A DNA stretch of 64,000 nt from an uncultured bacterium (GTDB lineage: Bacteria; Armatimonadota; Abditibacteriia; Abditibacteriales; Abditibacteriaceae): NCBI GenBank assembly GCA_963843795.1, contig CAWJLW010000006.1, forward strand, positions 1,612,001 through 1,676,000. Direction: 5' to 3'. Position 1 is the stretch's first letter. Each line of letters starts with the position of its first letter. Below, one piece after another: positions 33,766-43,423 of the stretch. The translations under genes were made by a program, and so were the position numbers. The notes under the pieces were generated by a model that saw only the letters and a list, made by a program, of their open reading frames with translations, searched no databases and was not told where the DNA came from.

Positions 33766-36246
33766 ATGCAGAAGTTTTTTCGTCCCGCCAAGTTTGCGGG
33801 AACAGCCTTGAGTTTGACGGCCGCCGTATGGTTCGCTCAGCCGTCGTGGGCGGCACCACAAGCGCAGTTGACTGTCGATATGAACAAGCCGGGTGCGCAA
33901 ATCAGTCCTCTTTTATACGGCATTTTTTTTGAAGAAATCAATCGCGCAGGTGATGGCGGTATTTATGCAGAAATGCTGCAAAACCGCTCGTTTGAAGATG
34001 CATCCAATCCGGTTGGCTGGGACGCTTTGCCTTCGGGAAACGCGCGCACCAGTTTAAGTTTGGACAAAGTGCAGCCTTTGAACACCCAGAATCCGAGCAG
34101 TTTGCGAGTCGAAATCAAAGCGGGCGGCGGGCGGGCGGGCGTTTATAACCAAGGCTTCACCGACATCACGCCGCGCCCGAATATTCGCCCCGAAAATTGG
34201 AAGCCCGAAACCAAACGTGTGCCCGGCGGCATCGGCGTGACCAAGGGCGCAACTTACGCCGCTTCACTTTACGCGCGCCCCGACACGAATTTCAAGGGCC
34301 AATTGAACGTGAATTTGGAAACGCCGGAAGGCAAAATTCTCGCTTCGCAAAAAATTAATTTGCGTGGTTCGCAATGGCAGAAATTTGAAGTTGCTCTCAA
34401 AGCCAATGCGACCGTTCCCAATGCGCGCTTGGTAATTGCGAGCACCCAACCGGGCACATTCTGGCTGGATATGGTGTCGCTGTTTCCCCGCAACACTTTC
34501 AAAAATCGCAACAACGGTTTACGTGCCGATTTGATGCAGAAGATCGACCGCATTAATCCGGCTTTCGTGCGTTTTCCCGGCGGTTGCTACGTTGAGGGTC
34601 AGCGTTTGGCCGATGCATTTCGTTGGAAAGATACCATCGGCGATATCGCCCAACGGCCCGGCCATTGGAATTTGTGGGGCTATCACTCGACCGATGGTCT
34701 GGGCTTTCACGAATACCTGCAAATGTGCGAAGACCTCAAAGCCGAGCCGCTTTTTGTGATTAACGTCGGGATGTCGCACACCGACCATGTGCCGATGAAC
34801 GAAATGGGGCCGTGGGTGCAAGACGCTCTGGACGCCATCGAGTATGCCAACGGCCCAGTCACAAGTACTTGGGGCGCTAAACGCGCCAAAAATGGTCATC
34901 CGGCGCCGTTCAACATGAAAATGATGCAGATTGGCAACGAAAACGGTGGCCCGCTTTATAACGAGCGTTACGCGCTGTTTTACGATGCCATCAAAGCCAA
35001 ATATCCGCAGATGCAACTGGTCGCGTGCGATTGGGGCGGCTTGCCCACTTCCCGTCCGGTTGACATCAGCGATCCGCACTTGTATTCCGACCCGACCACG
35101 ATGATGAATCAGGCGACGCGCTTTGACAATGCCGACCGCAAAGGTCATCACATTTACTTTGGTGAGTACGCGGTGACTCAGGAAGCTGGAACCGGAAATT
35201 TGCAAGCGGCTTTGGGCGAAGCGGCGTTTATGACCGGTTTGGAGCGCAATGGCGACATCGTGAAAATGTCGTCCTATGCACCGCTTCTGGTCAATCCCGA
35301 TTGGCGCGCGTGGAACCCGAATGCCGTGGTTTTCGATGCTTCCAAAAACTACGGCACGCCCTCGTACTGGGTGCAAACGATGTTTGGACAAAACCGCGCC
35401 GACCGCAATTTGCCGGTCCAAATTACGCAGCCTAAAACGCAAGAAATGTCCGTTCCCACAGGGCAAATCGGGCTGGGGACATGGCGCACACAGGCCGAAT
35501 TCAAAGATGTCAGTGTGACCAAAAACGGTCAGACGCTGTGGCAAAGCGCGGGTAAAAATCTCGCCGATTGGAAAGATAACGGCAAAGGTCAGTGGAAGTT
35601 GGAAGACGGTGTTTTGCATCAGAGCGCAACCGGCGAGGACGTGCGTTTGCTGGCTGGCGATGCCAATTGGAGCGATTACACGCTCAGCCTCAAAGCGCGC
35701 AAAACCGGCGGCGACGAAGGCTTTTTGGTCATGTTTCAAACACCTAATAGCCAAACCAAAAACTGGCTCAATCTGGGCGGATGGGAAAACTCCGCTCACG
35801 CTTTGGAAGTGCCGGGTATTAGCTCGGCGCGCATCAACGGCAAGATTGAAAATAATCGCTGGTATGACATCAAAATCGAATTGCAAGGCCAGAATATCAA
35901 GGCTTATTTAGACGGCAAAAAGATTTTCGATGTTACCCGTTCGCAGGCGACACCTTTGTATGCAGTGGCTGGCGTGGATAACAAAACCGGCGAGACGATT
36001 TTGAAAGTCGTGAACAGCTACGACCAACCGATAGAAACCAAAGTCGATCTGCGCGGTGCGCGCGAAGTGGCACGGCGAGCCAAGGCATTGGTGTTGGGTG
36101 GTGCGGGCGATTTAGCAGAAAATTCATTTGAAGCCACAACCAACATTGCGCCGCGTCAGCAGGAAATCTTGCTGCCCGCGACTGTTTTCAATCATATTTT
36201 TCCCGCCAACTCGGTCACCGTTTTGCGCGTAAAAGCCAATGCATAA
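33766..36246 (+). CDS. Secreted GH51 alpha-L-arabinofuranosidase
   Basis: YGIFFEEIN, RFPGGC, IGNE, GEYA, SYAPL. Confidence 0.9.
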   Translation: MQKFFRPAKFAGTALSLTAAVWFAQPSWAAPQAQLTVDMNKPGAQISPLLYGIFFEEINRAGDGGIYAEMLQNRSFEDASNPVGWDALPSGNARTSLSLDKVQPLNTQNPSSLRVEIKAGGGRAGVYNQGFTDITPRPNIRPENWKPETKRVPGGIGVTKGATYAASLYARPDTNFKGQLNVNLETPEGKILASQKINLRGSQWQKFEVALKANATVPNARLVIASTQPGTFWLDMVSLFPRNTFKNRNNGLRADLMQKIDRINPAFVRFPGGCYVEGQRLADAFRWKDTIGDIAQRPGHWNLWGYHSTDGLGFHEYLQMCEDLKAEPLFVINVGMSHTDHVPMNEMGPWVQDALDAIEYANGPVTSTWGAKRAKNGHPAPFNMKMMQIGNENGGPLYNERYALFYDAIKAKYPQMQLVACDWGGLPTSRPVDISDPHLYSDPTTMMNQATRFDNADRKGHHIYFGEYAVTQEAGTGNLQAALGEAAFMTGLERNGDIVKMSSYAPLLVNPDWRAWNPNAVVFDASKNYGTPSYWVQTMFGQNRADRNLPVQITQPKTQEMSVPTGQIGLGTWRTQAEFKDVSVTKNGQTLWQSAGKNLADWKDNGKGQWKLEDGVLHQSATGEDVRLLAGDANWSDYTLSLKARKTGGDEGFLVMFQTPNSQTKNWLNLGGWENSAHALEVPGISSARINGKIENNRWYDIKIELQGQNIKAYLDGKKIFDVTRSQATPLYAVAGVDNKTGETILKVVNSYDQPIETKVDLRGAREVARRAKALVLGGAGDLAENSFEATTNIAPRQQEILLPATVFNHIFPANSVTVLRVKANA

Positions 36247-36262
36247 ATCCCAACGCGTAAAC

Positions 36263-36304
36263 GTGATGGTGTTCGCAGCAAGTACTTGCTGCGAACACCA
36301 TCAC
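36263..36304. repeat. 42-bp perfect palindrome, motif-centred
   Basis: gtgatggtgttcgcagcaagt|acttgctgcgaacaccatcac; no U tract. Confidence 0.85.
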
Positions 36305-36328
36305 ACCGCAAAGCGTCAAAGGAATCTT

Positions 36329-36958
36329 ATGAAATCATTTCACTTTCTCGTCCTCGGCAGTTTTTGCTTCATCACTTTGCCAGGGCACGCGCAACAAGCC
36401 GATTCGACGCCACAAAATTCGGTTTCCAAACCGTCGTCGATAGGGCCCTCGTTGCGCACGCATTTGCAGTTGAAAGCTACGCAGATCGAAGATTTGAACG
36501 CGCTATATGATAATTGGGTGAACACGCGCGGCGAATTGTCGCAAGCGCACGAGCGCGCTCTGCAAATTCTGACGCCTCTACAACGCGTGCAGTTGGACAC
36601 CATCATAAAAAATCAGCGTTTGCGCATTCGCGACGATCAGTATTCGCAGCTGCTTTTAGTGCCCGATGGCGCGGCCAATACACAGAATCAGCCCGCTGAA
36701 TACCGCACGAATAATAATCGCGACAACCGCAATCGCGACAAAGACCAGCAGCGGCCAAGCAAAAAATCGCGCAATCGCGGAAATAATGGCAGCGGCAGTT
36801 ACGGCGTTTATGGCGGCTACGGTTACGGCGGCCCGAATTACGGCGTTTACGGGAATTACGGACAGGGCAATGTCGGTGTCGGCGCGACGATTGGGCGTTA
36901 CGGCCCGTCGATTGGCGTTAATGTGGGACGCGTTTTTGGCGGACGCCGCTTTCGCTAA
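36329..36958 (+). CDS. Hypothetical secreted protein with Gly/Tyr-rich C-terminus
   Basis: Signal peptide; ILTPLQR (LTxxQ-like); GYGVYGGYG tail. Confidence 0.6.
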   Translation: MKSFHFLVLGSFCFITLPGHAQQADSTPQNSVSKPSSIGPSLRTHLQLKATQIEDLNALYDNWVNTRGELSQAHERALQILTPLQRVQLDTIIKNQRLRIRDDQYSQLLLVPDGAANTQNQPAEYRTNNNRDNRNRDKDQQRPSKKSRNRGNNGSGSYGVYGGYGYGGPNYGVYGNYGQGNVGVGATIGRYGPSIGVNVGRVFGGRRFR

Positions 36959-36963
36959 ACAGT

Positions 36964-37027
36964 GAATCCGCAACACAAAAAACGCTCCTGCAAGTACTTG
37001 CAGGAGCGTTTTTTGTGTTGCGGATTC
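36964..37027. terminator. 64-bp perfect palindrome, motif-centred, abutting the tRNA-Val 3' end
   Basis: gaatccgcaacacaaaaaacgctcctgcaagt|acttgcaggagcgttttttgtgttgcggattc. Confidence 0.85.
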
Positions 37028-37100
<73 letters not shown>

Positions 37101-37351
37101 GCTCTGCTCGGTTGCAATCACGGACTCAACTACTTATAGCGAACCTTAGCGCAAGAAATTGTAACGTTTTTGCGCACTCGACGCAAGCCTTATTGCGAAA
37201 ATCGTCAAGGTTTTTTCGCGATTGCGTGAGAATCTTCTCATAATGACGTCTGAAAATTTCTTTTGGCACTCGCCTTGATGATCTTGGCGCAGGCGTTCGA
37301 TCACGTAGTGTTTCGCCAAAATCATCGTTTGTCATTAAGGAAAACCTTATT

Positions 37352-37876
37352 ATGTCACCGGCTCATCTTCATCTGCTTTTGAATCACTTCCCCATTCTGG
37401 GCACTTATTTCGGCACTGCGCTGCTGGCGTGGGGGTTGTTGCGCCACAGCGACGAGGTAAGTCGCGTAGCGCTTGGGGTGTTTGTCATCGCGGCGGTGAT
37501 GACTATTCCTGTTTATCTCACTGGTCAGCCCGCTGAACATTTCATAGAAGGCGCGCCAAGCGTGACCGAACAATTCATTGCGCCGCACGAACACGCAGCC
37601 AAAATTGCGCTGTGGGTAAGCGAGCTGCTGGGCGTTCTGGCCTTGGGCGGATTATGGGCGTTCATGCGCCGCTCGTTGCTCCCAAAATGGCTGCCCTCTC
37701 TGGTTTTTGTGGCATCGCTTGGTGTTGGTGGCTGGATGGGATATACCGGCTGGTTGGGCGGACAAGTGCGCCATACCGAAGTTCGCACCGATTTTAAAGG
37801 TTTTCCTCACGACGATAAGCAGGCCGCAAAAGAGGCCAATTTACAAAGCAAACCCAAAAGCACCGATGGCGATTAA
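37352..37876 (+). CDS. Membrane protein, DUF2231-like
   Basis: HLLLNHFPI, 4 TM segments, GGQVRHTE. Confidence 0.65.
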   Translation: MSPAHLHLLLNHFPILGTYFGTALLAWGLLRHSDEVSRVALGVFVIAAVMTIPVYLTGQPAEHFIEGAPSVTEQFIAPHEHAAKIALWVSELLGVLALGGLWAFMRRSLLPKWLPSLVFVASLGVGGWMGYTGWLGGQVRHTEVRTDFKGFPHDDKQAAKEANLQSKPKSTDGD

Positions 37877-37933
37877 CAAATCTTTGCCTGCTGCAAGTAC
37901 TTGCGGAGCGTTCGATTCTGTCATATCTCGCTT

Positions 37934-38629
37934 ATGAACACCACAATGCACATCGAAAAACATTTTAATTCCAGTGACACGGTGCGCGATATCGTAATTG
38001 GCATGGCCGATGGCCTGACCGTGCCATTTGCTCTCGCCGCTGGCCTTTCGGGCGCGGTCTCGACCAGCAAAATCGTTGTCACGGCGGGCTTGGCCGAAGT
38101 CGCGGCAGGTTCGATTGCGATGGGCTTGGGCGGTTATCTCGCGGCGCGCAGCGAAGCCGAACATTATGAAAACGAGCGCCGACGCGAAACGCGCGAAGTG
38201 GAGACCGTGCCCGAAACCGAAGCCGCAGAAGTCCAAGAAATTTTCCAAAATTACGGTCTGGATGCAGCGCAAAGCGTTTTGGTGGTGGAGGCGATGCGCA
38301 AAAATCCCTCAGCGTGGATCGACTTTATGATGCGCTTCGAATTAGGTTTGGAAGAACCTGATCCCAAACGAGCGCTACAATCAGCGTTTACCATCGCTGC
38401 TTCCTATATTGTGGGCGGCCTGATTCCTCTCGCACCCTATATGCTGGAAGCCAATTTAAGCGTTGCGCTGCGCGTTTCGGTCGGTGTAACCCTGGTTGCG
38501 CTGGCTGTTTTTGGCGCGGTCAAGGGTTATTTCACGGGTGCTGCGATGGTAAAAAGCGCCCTGCAAACGGCGTTAGTTGGCGGGCTGGCGGCGACGGCGG
38601 CGTTTGCTATCGCAAGTTGGATAAGGTAA
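37934..38629 (+). CDS. VIT1/CCC1 iron/manganese transporter
   Basis: RDIVIGMADGL, AGSIAMGLGGYL, FMMRFELG. Confidence 0.93.
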   Translation: MNTTMHIEKHFNSSDTVRDIVIGMADGLTVPFALAAGLSGAVSTSKIVVTAGLAEVAAGSIAMGLGGYLAARSEAEHYENERRRETREVETVPETEAAEVQEIFQNYGLDAAQSVLVVEAMRKNPSAWIDFMMRFELGLEEPDPKRALQSAFTIAASYIVGGLIPLAPYMLEANLSVALRVSVGVTLVALAVFGAVKGYFTGAAMVKSALQTALVGGLAATAAFAIASWIR

Positions 38630-38638
38630 CTAATAGCT

Positions 38639-39118
38639 ATGAAACCCTCTTCCGAAACCAACCATTCCGTGCGCGATCAATTCAGAAATATCAGCCAGAA
38701 ATTGCATCTGCGCCATCCGGTTTTTGTGCGTTACCACGGCGAAGACGCACCGCTGGGCATTCGTTTGGCCAATGTGATTACTGGCTTTATGGGTTCGTGG
38801 ACGTTTTTGATTTTGCAGACGATCATCGTTGGCGTTTGGATTGCGCTCAACATTTTCATGTGGATCAAACACTTCGATCCGTATCCATTCATTCTGCTCA
38901 ATTTAGCGTTCAGCACGCAGGCCGCTTACGCTGCGCCGCTGATTTTAATGGCTGGCAACGTGGCGGCGGCAAAAGATCGGGAGTTGTGGGATCACGATTA
39001 CGATACCAATCAGAAGGCGTATGCAAAAATCGAGGGATTGGAACTGCAAATCAAAACCCTCATCGAGCAAAATCAACAATTACTCTTAATTTTGACCGAA
39101 CAAGACGATAACCCGTAG
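38639..39118 (+). CDS. DUF1003 membrane protein
   Basis: GSWTF, FDPYPFILLNL, QAAYAAPLILM. Confidence 0.9.
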   Translation: MKPSSETNHSVRDQFRNISQKLHLRHPVFVRYHGEDAPLGIRLANVITGFMGSWTFLILQTIIVGVWIALNIFMWIKHFDPYPFILLNLAFSTQAAYAAPLILMAGNVAAAKDRELWDHDYDTNQKAYAKIEGLELQIKTLIEQNQQLLLILTEQDDNP

Positions 39119-39180
39119 CCATTTAGCCATTTGTATCAATCCTCAATAAGACACCGACAATAACAGGCTTCTAAATAGCA

Positions 39181-39223
39181 AAAACGCTTCTCATCATCGG
39201 AATTACCGGATAAGAAGCGTTTT
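39181..39223. terminator. Probable bidirectional terminator without the motif
   Basis: aaaacgcttct...agaagcgtttt between convergent genes. Confidence 0.6.
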
Positions 39224-39293
39224 ATTTTCAGTGCGCACTTGCCGCGAACGGTGCATCAAGATGCCGCTGCGGCTTCAGTTCGCGAGCTCTATT

Positions 39294-39773
39294 TTAGTAG
39301 CGTTCGCGACGATTGTTGTCACGGCTGCCGCCGCGACCACCACCGCGACCACCGCCGCCGCCGCCATAACCGCCGCCGCCACTTCCACCACCGTAGCCAC
39401 CGCCGCCGCCATAATCGCCACCGCCGCCGTAACCGCCGCCACCGCCACTTCCACCACCGTAGCCGCCTCCGCCGCCATAACCGCCACCACCGCCGCGACT
39501 TCCACCGCCTCCGCCGCCGCGTTCCTCGCGCGGTCGGGCTTCATTGACTGTCAGTGTGCGTCCCATGTGATCTTTTCCGTTGAGGGCTTCGACAGCGGCT
39601 TCGGCTTCGCTATCGTTGTTCATTTCGACAAAGCCGAAACCTTTGCTGCGTCCCGAATCGCGATGGCTGATAACTTCGGCGTTGCTCACCGCGCCAAACG
39701 AGCCAAACAATTCTTCTAATTCCGCGTTGCCCACATCGTAGCTCAAATTCCCCACATACAACCGCTTGCTCAT
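39294..39773 (-). CDS. RRM RNA-binding protein with Gly-rich tail
   Basis: RNP2 LYVGNL, RNP1 KGFGFVEM, VNEARPR, GGGYGG repeats. Confidence 0.95.
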   Translation of the reverse strand: MSKRLYVGNLSYDVGNAELEELFGSFGAVSNAEVISHRDSGRSKGFGFVEMNNDSEAEAAVEALNGKDHMGRTLTVNEARPREERGGGGGGSRGGGGGYGGGGGYGGGSGGGGGYGGGGDYGGGGGYGGGSGGGGYGGGGGGRGGGRGGSRDNNRRERY

Positions 39774-40359
39774 GTTCCCCTCTCCAAACGTTCTCTCCGC
39801 GCCAACGCCAACGCCCATACCGCGCGAAACAAATTTCCGGCTGCGGCCACGCATTCAGAAATTATCGACGCGTTGAACACAACCTTACCCCTCATTATTC
39901 CACAAAATAGTTTTTCTGTAACGCAACAAGCCCTTTTTTTTCAGAATGCTATCGAAAATACTCAATCGACAGTTCAAAGCAAAGTTTTTTACAATCAAAG
40001 AGCTTCTCTTTAGTCAACCCTGTCGCCTGTTAGGGTCATACTTTCAAAACTCAACTTGTTGTGCACTTTGGATATATTAAGGACCGAAGCATTAGCCACG
40101 ACTGCTTCGACCAATTACAGACGCTCCACACAATTCACTTAACTTGGCCCATAAACCCAATCTCACTTCTGTTTTCATCGACGAGACGGACTATTGCGAT
40201 CTGAGTTGTTACATGAGCGCGGAGTTACATGAATAATCGCGCGTTGAATACAAAGCGCGGCCGCAACATGGCTCGATGGGCGCATTTTCAACTGGCCGCA
40301 CCTTCAAATTAAAGTCAAACCACTAAATTTGCGGATTGAAAATAAATACTTCGAAAGCA

Positions 40360-40393
40360 CGAAGCGCCCTGCAAGTACTTGCAGGGCGCTTCG
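40360..40393. repeat. 34-bp perfect palindrome, motif-centred
   Basis: cgaagcgccctgcaagt|acttgcagggcgcttcg; the central 30 bp match 7722-7751. Confidence 0.85.
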
Positions 40394-40422
40394 GAGCATA
40401 AGTTAATCGTAGAAGCAGATTT

Positions 40423-41818
40423 TTACAAGCTCAACTGAGAGCCGATGTGGGCAAAAAGGGCATCGGTGTTGGGACCATTATCGGGGAGAATAGCGATAGC
40501 GCTTTGCACGTTGAGGTTGGCCTTTTGCAAGCGCGGCGGTGCTTCAGAGCCGAAATCGCTGTTGAGGGCTTCTTCCAAGCGCTCCTGCACTAAATTCCCC
40601 GCTTCACCAGTGTGAGGCAGCACGACGAGAAAATTCAAATCGGTCCATAAACCCGGCGGTAGCGGCAGCAAACGGTCACCGCTGCGCAGCGTTTCGCGCG
40701 CCGTATGCGCAAGATGAGCGATACATTGCGCGCTTTCCTGTGCTGTCCAACGCGCACTGACGCGCGCCCAGTTGGGAATTTGCAGCCACACCAGACTGGT
40801 TTCCAGATGATAGCGCGCTGCGCGCATCACTTCGTCATCGATGAGCGCGACAAAGCCCGCCAAATCTTTCAAAGTTTCGCGCGCAGAGGGGCTTGACAAC
40901 GAATTTTTGCGTTTTTTGCTGCTTTTGGCGTCCTCTTCGCGGTGGGCATTTTTTCTGCAACAGCGAAAGTAGATAAACCGTGCGAGCCTGAGCGGGCGAG
41001 GTGACATCTTCTTCAAATTGCGGGTCTTCAATAATCTCGCGCAGATGCTGCGTGCCTTGCTTGATGAGATAGGCGGCGTAATTCACCGAAATTCCCAGTT
41101 CGCCCGCGACTTCGGTTTTCGAGCGTTCTTCGAAAAAGAACAGTTGAATGGCGCGTTTTTCCAAATCGCGCAATTGCGGCAGCGCTTCGCCCAGCAAAAC
41201 GCGGTCTTCGACCTGCGGCGCCAAAGCGCGCGGCGCAGCCGAACTGTCGCTGCCCGAAACCAGATTATTCTCTTCGTGATCGTTGCGCTCGGCGTCCAGA
41301 GAATCGACGCTGAGAGTTTGCGAATTTTTCAAAACATCACGCACCGTCGTGACGCGCACATTCAAGGCTTCGGCAATGTCTTCGGCGCGCGGCGCGCGGC
41401 CCAGCTGCTGCGTAAGTTGATCGCTGGTGCGCGCGATGCGTTGGCGCAGTTCGGAATGCCAGCCCGGTTCGTGAATCATCTTGCCCAGATCGCGCAGATA
41501 ATGACGAATTTCGCCCGAAATTAAATGGCACGCATAAGTCGAGAAACGCACGCCTTTAACTGGATCGAAACGGTCAACTGCCTTGATTAAACCGACGTAG
41601 CCTTCCTGCAGCAGGTCTTCCAGCGGCTCGCCCGAAGCGGTAAAATTGCGCGCGCAATGTTCGACCAAAGGCGTGTGAAGCATCACGAGATGGTCACGCA
41701 GCGAAATGCTGTCGCCGCCGCGCACTTCCTGCGCGGGGCCGCGCAGGCGTCCGAACAGGTGAGCCACGTTCGCTTCGTCGCGCCCGTTCTTGTTGCTGCT
41801 ATTGCCGAAATTCTCCAT
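40423..41818 (-). CDS. SigB/SigF-type sigma factor, probably fused to a degenerate GGDEF-like C-terminal domain (+1 frameshift in A6 at 40949-40954)
   Basis: EDLLQEGYVGLIKAVDRFDP, FSTYA, GEIRHYLRD, region 4 HTH; the overlapping frame 40423-41031 continues IDDEVMRAARY. Confidence 0.8.
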
Positions 41819-41858
41819 AAAACTTGTTGCCCGCTGACTCTCCTGAACGCAAGTTTGC

Positions 41859-41889
41859 GTCGCAAGTACTTGCAGCAAGTACTTGCGAC
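41859..41889. repeat. Tandem double motif forming a higher-order palindrome
   Basis: gtcGCAAGTACTTGC-a-GCAAGTACTTGCgac. Confidence 0.92.
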
Positions 41890-41963
41890 ACGACGCTTTA
41901 TGTTTAACCGATTCGCAGCAATTTGTGGAATAACAGGGATTTCGTTCTCATCAACCGCAAGTT

Positions 41964-43331
41964 TTAAGACGTTTCGTTTTTCGCCTGATTCGGCTTTGAG
42001 TCCGGCTCATCGAAGCGACCCGCTACCAAATCGCCAGCGCGCTCATCCAAAGCTTCGCGCGATGTGCGTTGCGGACGCGCATAAAATTCGTCGAACAGAA
42101 TTTTGACAATTGCAGCCGTAGGCACGGCCAAGATTGCGCCCACAATGCCTAATACCGAACCCATTGCGAGGGCGAAGAATATGATTGTGGCGGGATGCAA
42201 TTCCATCGAACGCCCCATGACAAATGGCACCAGTAAATTGCTTTCGACTTGCTGAACGAACAGAATCGCCAGCAAAGCCTGACCCAACTTCGCTGGCCCC
42301 ATGCCCAGTGCCACGAACAAAGCCGGAGCCGCTGCGACAATCGGCCCGATATTGGGCACAAATTCACCGAAGAAAGCTAACACGCCAAAAACCAGCGCGG
42401 GCTGAACTCCGATAATCGCCAGTAAAACGCCCGTTGTGATTCCAGTAATTACACCGTTAATCAAGGTCGCGCGCGCCCAAGCCGTCATCTGACCTTGGGT
42501 GCGTTCCAATGCGCGTACCGAAGCCTCGCGGTGGCGTTCGGGCACGGCGCGCAGAAAACCAGAAACCAGTGGTTTAGGGTTGAGCAAAGTGAAAACCAGT
42601 AGCAAAATTGCGACGACCAAACCAAAAATCGCACCAACCAGACCGAACGTATAGGTCAGAATCTGCTGAGCATAAGTGCTAAGGCGCGACATATCGAAGG
42701 CCGAAGAATCTTGCAATTGCTGAATTTCAGGCAAAAAACGGTCTAAAGCTGGATAGCGTTGCGTTAAATGCTGGGTTTGCGCGCGAATCGTTTCCCAATA
42801 ACCTGGCGCGTGCTGGGCCAAAACGTTGATCTCATCTAAAACTGCAGGCACAACCAACATACCCACACCAATTAAAATTCCCACCAGCAGCAGCATGATA
42901 ATCACAACTGCGGGAGCGCGCTTTATGCCGCGCCGTTCCATCGCCGTGACCATTGGATTCAACACCATCGCCAGCATAAAAACCACAGTGAACAAAATCA
43001 GCGTCGGCGCGATGGCACGAATCAGCACGTAAGTCACCGCCATCAGCGAAATCAAACCGAGAAAACGACGCAGTTCGGCGTAAGAAAGTGGTCGCTCGAA
43101 ATCTTGCGCCGGATTATCGCTACGGCTGGCACGTTCGTCGTGCTGAGCTTGTGGTGATGGCGCTTGTGGTGATGGCGCTTGTGGTGCTGGCGCTTGTGGT
43201 GCTGGCGCTTGTGGTGATGGCGCTTGTGGTGATGGCGCTTGTGGCGAAGATGGCTGCGCCGACGCAGATTCGCTAGCGGCTTGTGAACTCTGGCTGGAAT
43301 GGCCCTCGCCGGTTAATTCGTTTGAACTCAT
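41964..43331 (-). CDS. AI-2E family transporter
   Basis: LNPMV, FVPNIGP, QQVESNLLVP, GAILAVP. Confidence 0.9.
   Translation of the reverse strand: MSSNELTGEGHSSQSSQAASESASAQPSSPQAPSPQAPSPQAPAPQAPAPQAPSPQAPSPQAQHDERASRSDNPAQDFERPLSYAELRRFLGLISLMAVTYVLIRAIAPTLILFTVVFMLAMVLNPMVTAMERRGIKRAPAVVIIMLLLVGILIGVGMLVVPAVLDEINVLAQHAPGYWETIRAQTQHLTQRYPALDRFLPEIQQLQDSSAFDMSRLSTYAQQILTYTFGLVGAIFGLVVAILLLVFTLLNPKPLVSGFLRAVPERHREASVRALERTQGQMTAWARATLINGVITGITTGVLLAIIGVQPALVFGVLAFFGEFVPNIGPIVAAAPALFVALGMGPAKLGQALLAILFVQQVESNLLVPFVMGRSMELHPATIIFFALAMGSVLGIVGAILAVPTAAIVKILFDEFYARPQRTSREALDERAGDLVAGRFDEPDSKPNQAKNETS
43147..43244. repeat. 15-bp coding tandem repeat, about 6.5 copies (PQAPS/PQAPA)
   Basis: gcttgtggtg(a/c)tggc units. 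Confidence 0.93.
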
Positions 43332-43363
43332 AGAAATGACATTGTAGAAAATTAGTTTGAATT

Positions 43364-43403
43364 GTAAAAAATGCTCTGCAAGTACTTGCAGAGCATTTTT
43401 TAC
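43364..43403. terminator. 40-bp perfect palindrome, motif-centred
   Basis: gtaaaaaatgctctgcaagt|acttgcagagcattttttac after the M16 peptidase gene. Confidence 0.78.
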
Positions 43404-43423
43404 GATTCAGTGCGTTTGAAAAT

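Noticed and set aside
34519..35886. Long antisense ORFs (34519-35886, 53289-54386, 25134-25934, 39231-39719 and others)
   Set aside because: They are shadows of well-supported genes on the opposite strand and have no recognisable motifs.
39320..39520. (CCG)n-rich low-complexity tract as a separate repeat element
   Set aside because: Explained by the Gly-rich tail of the RRM protein.
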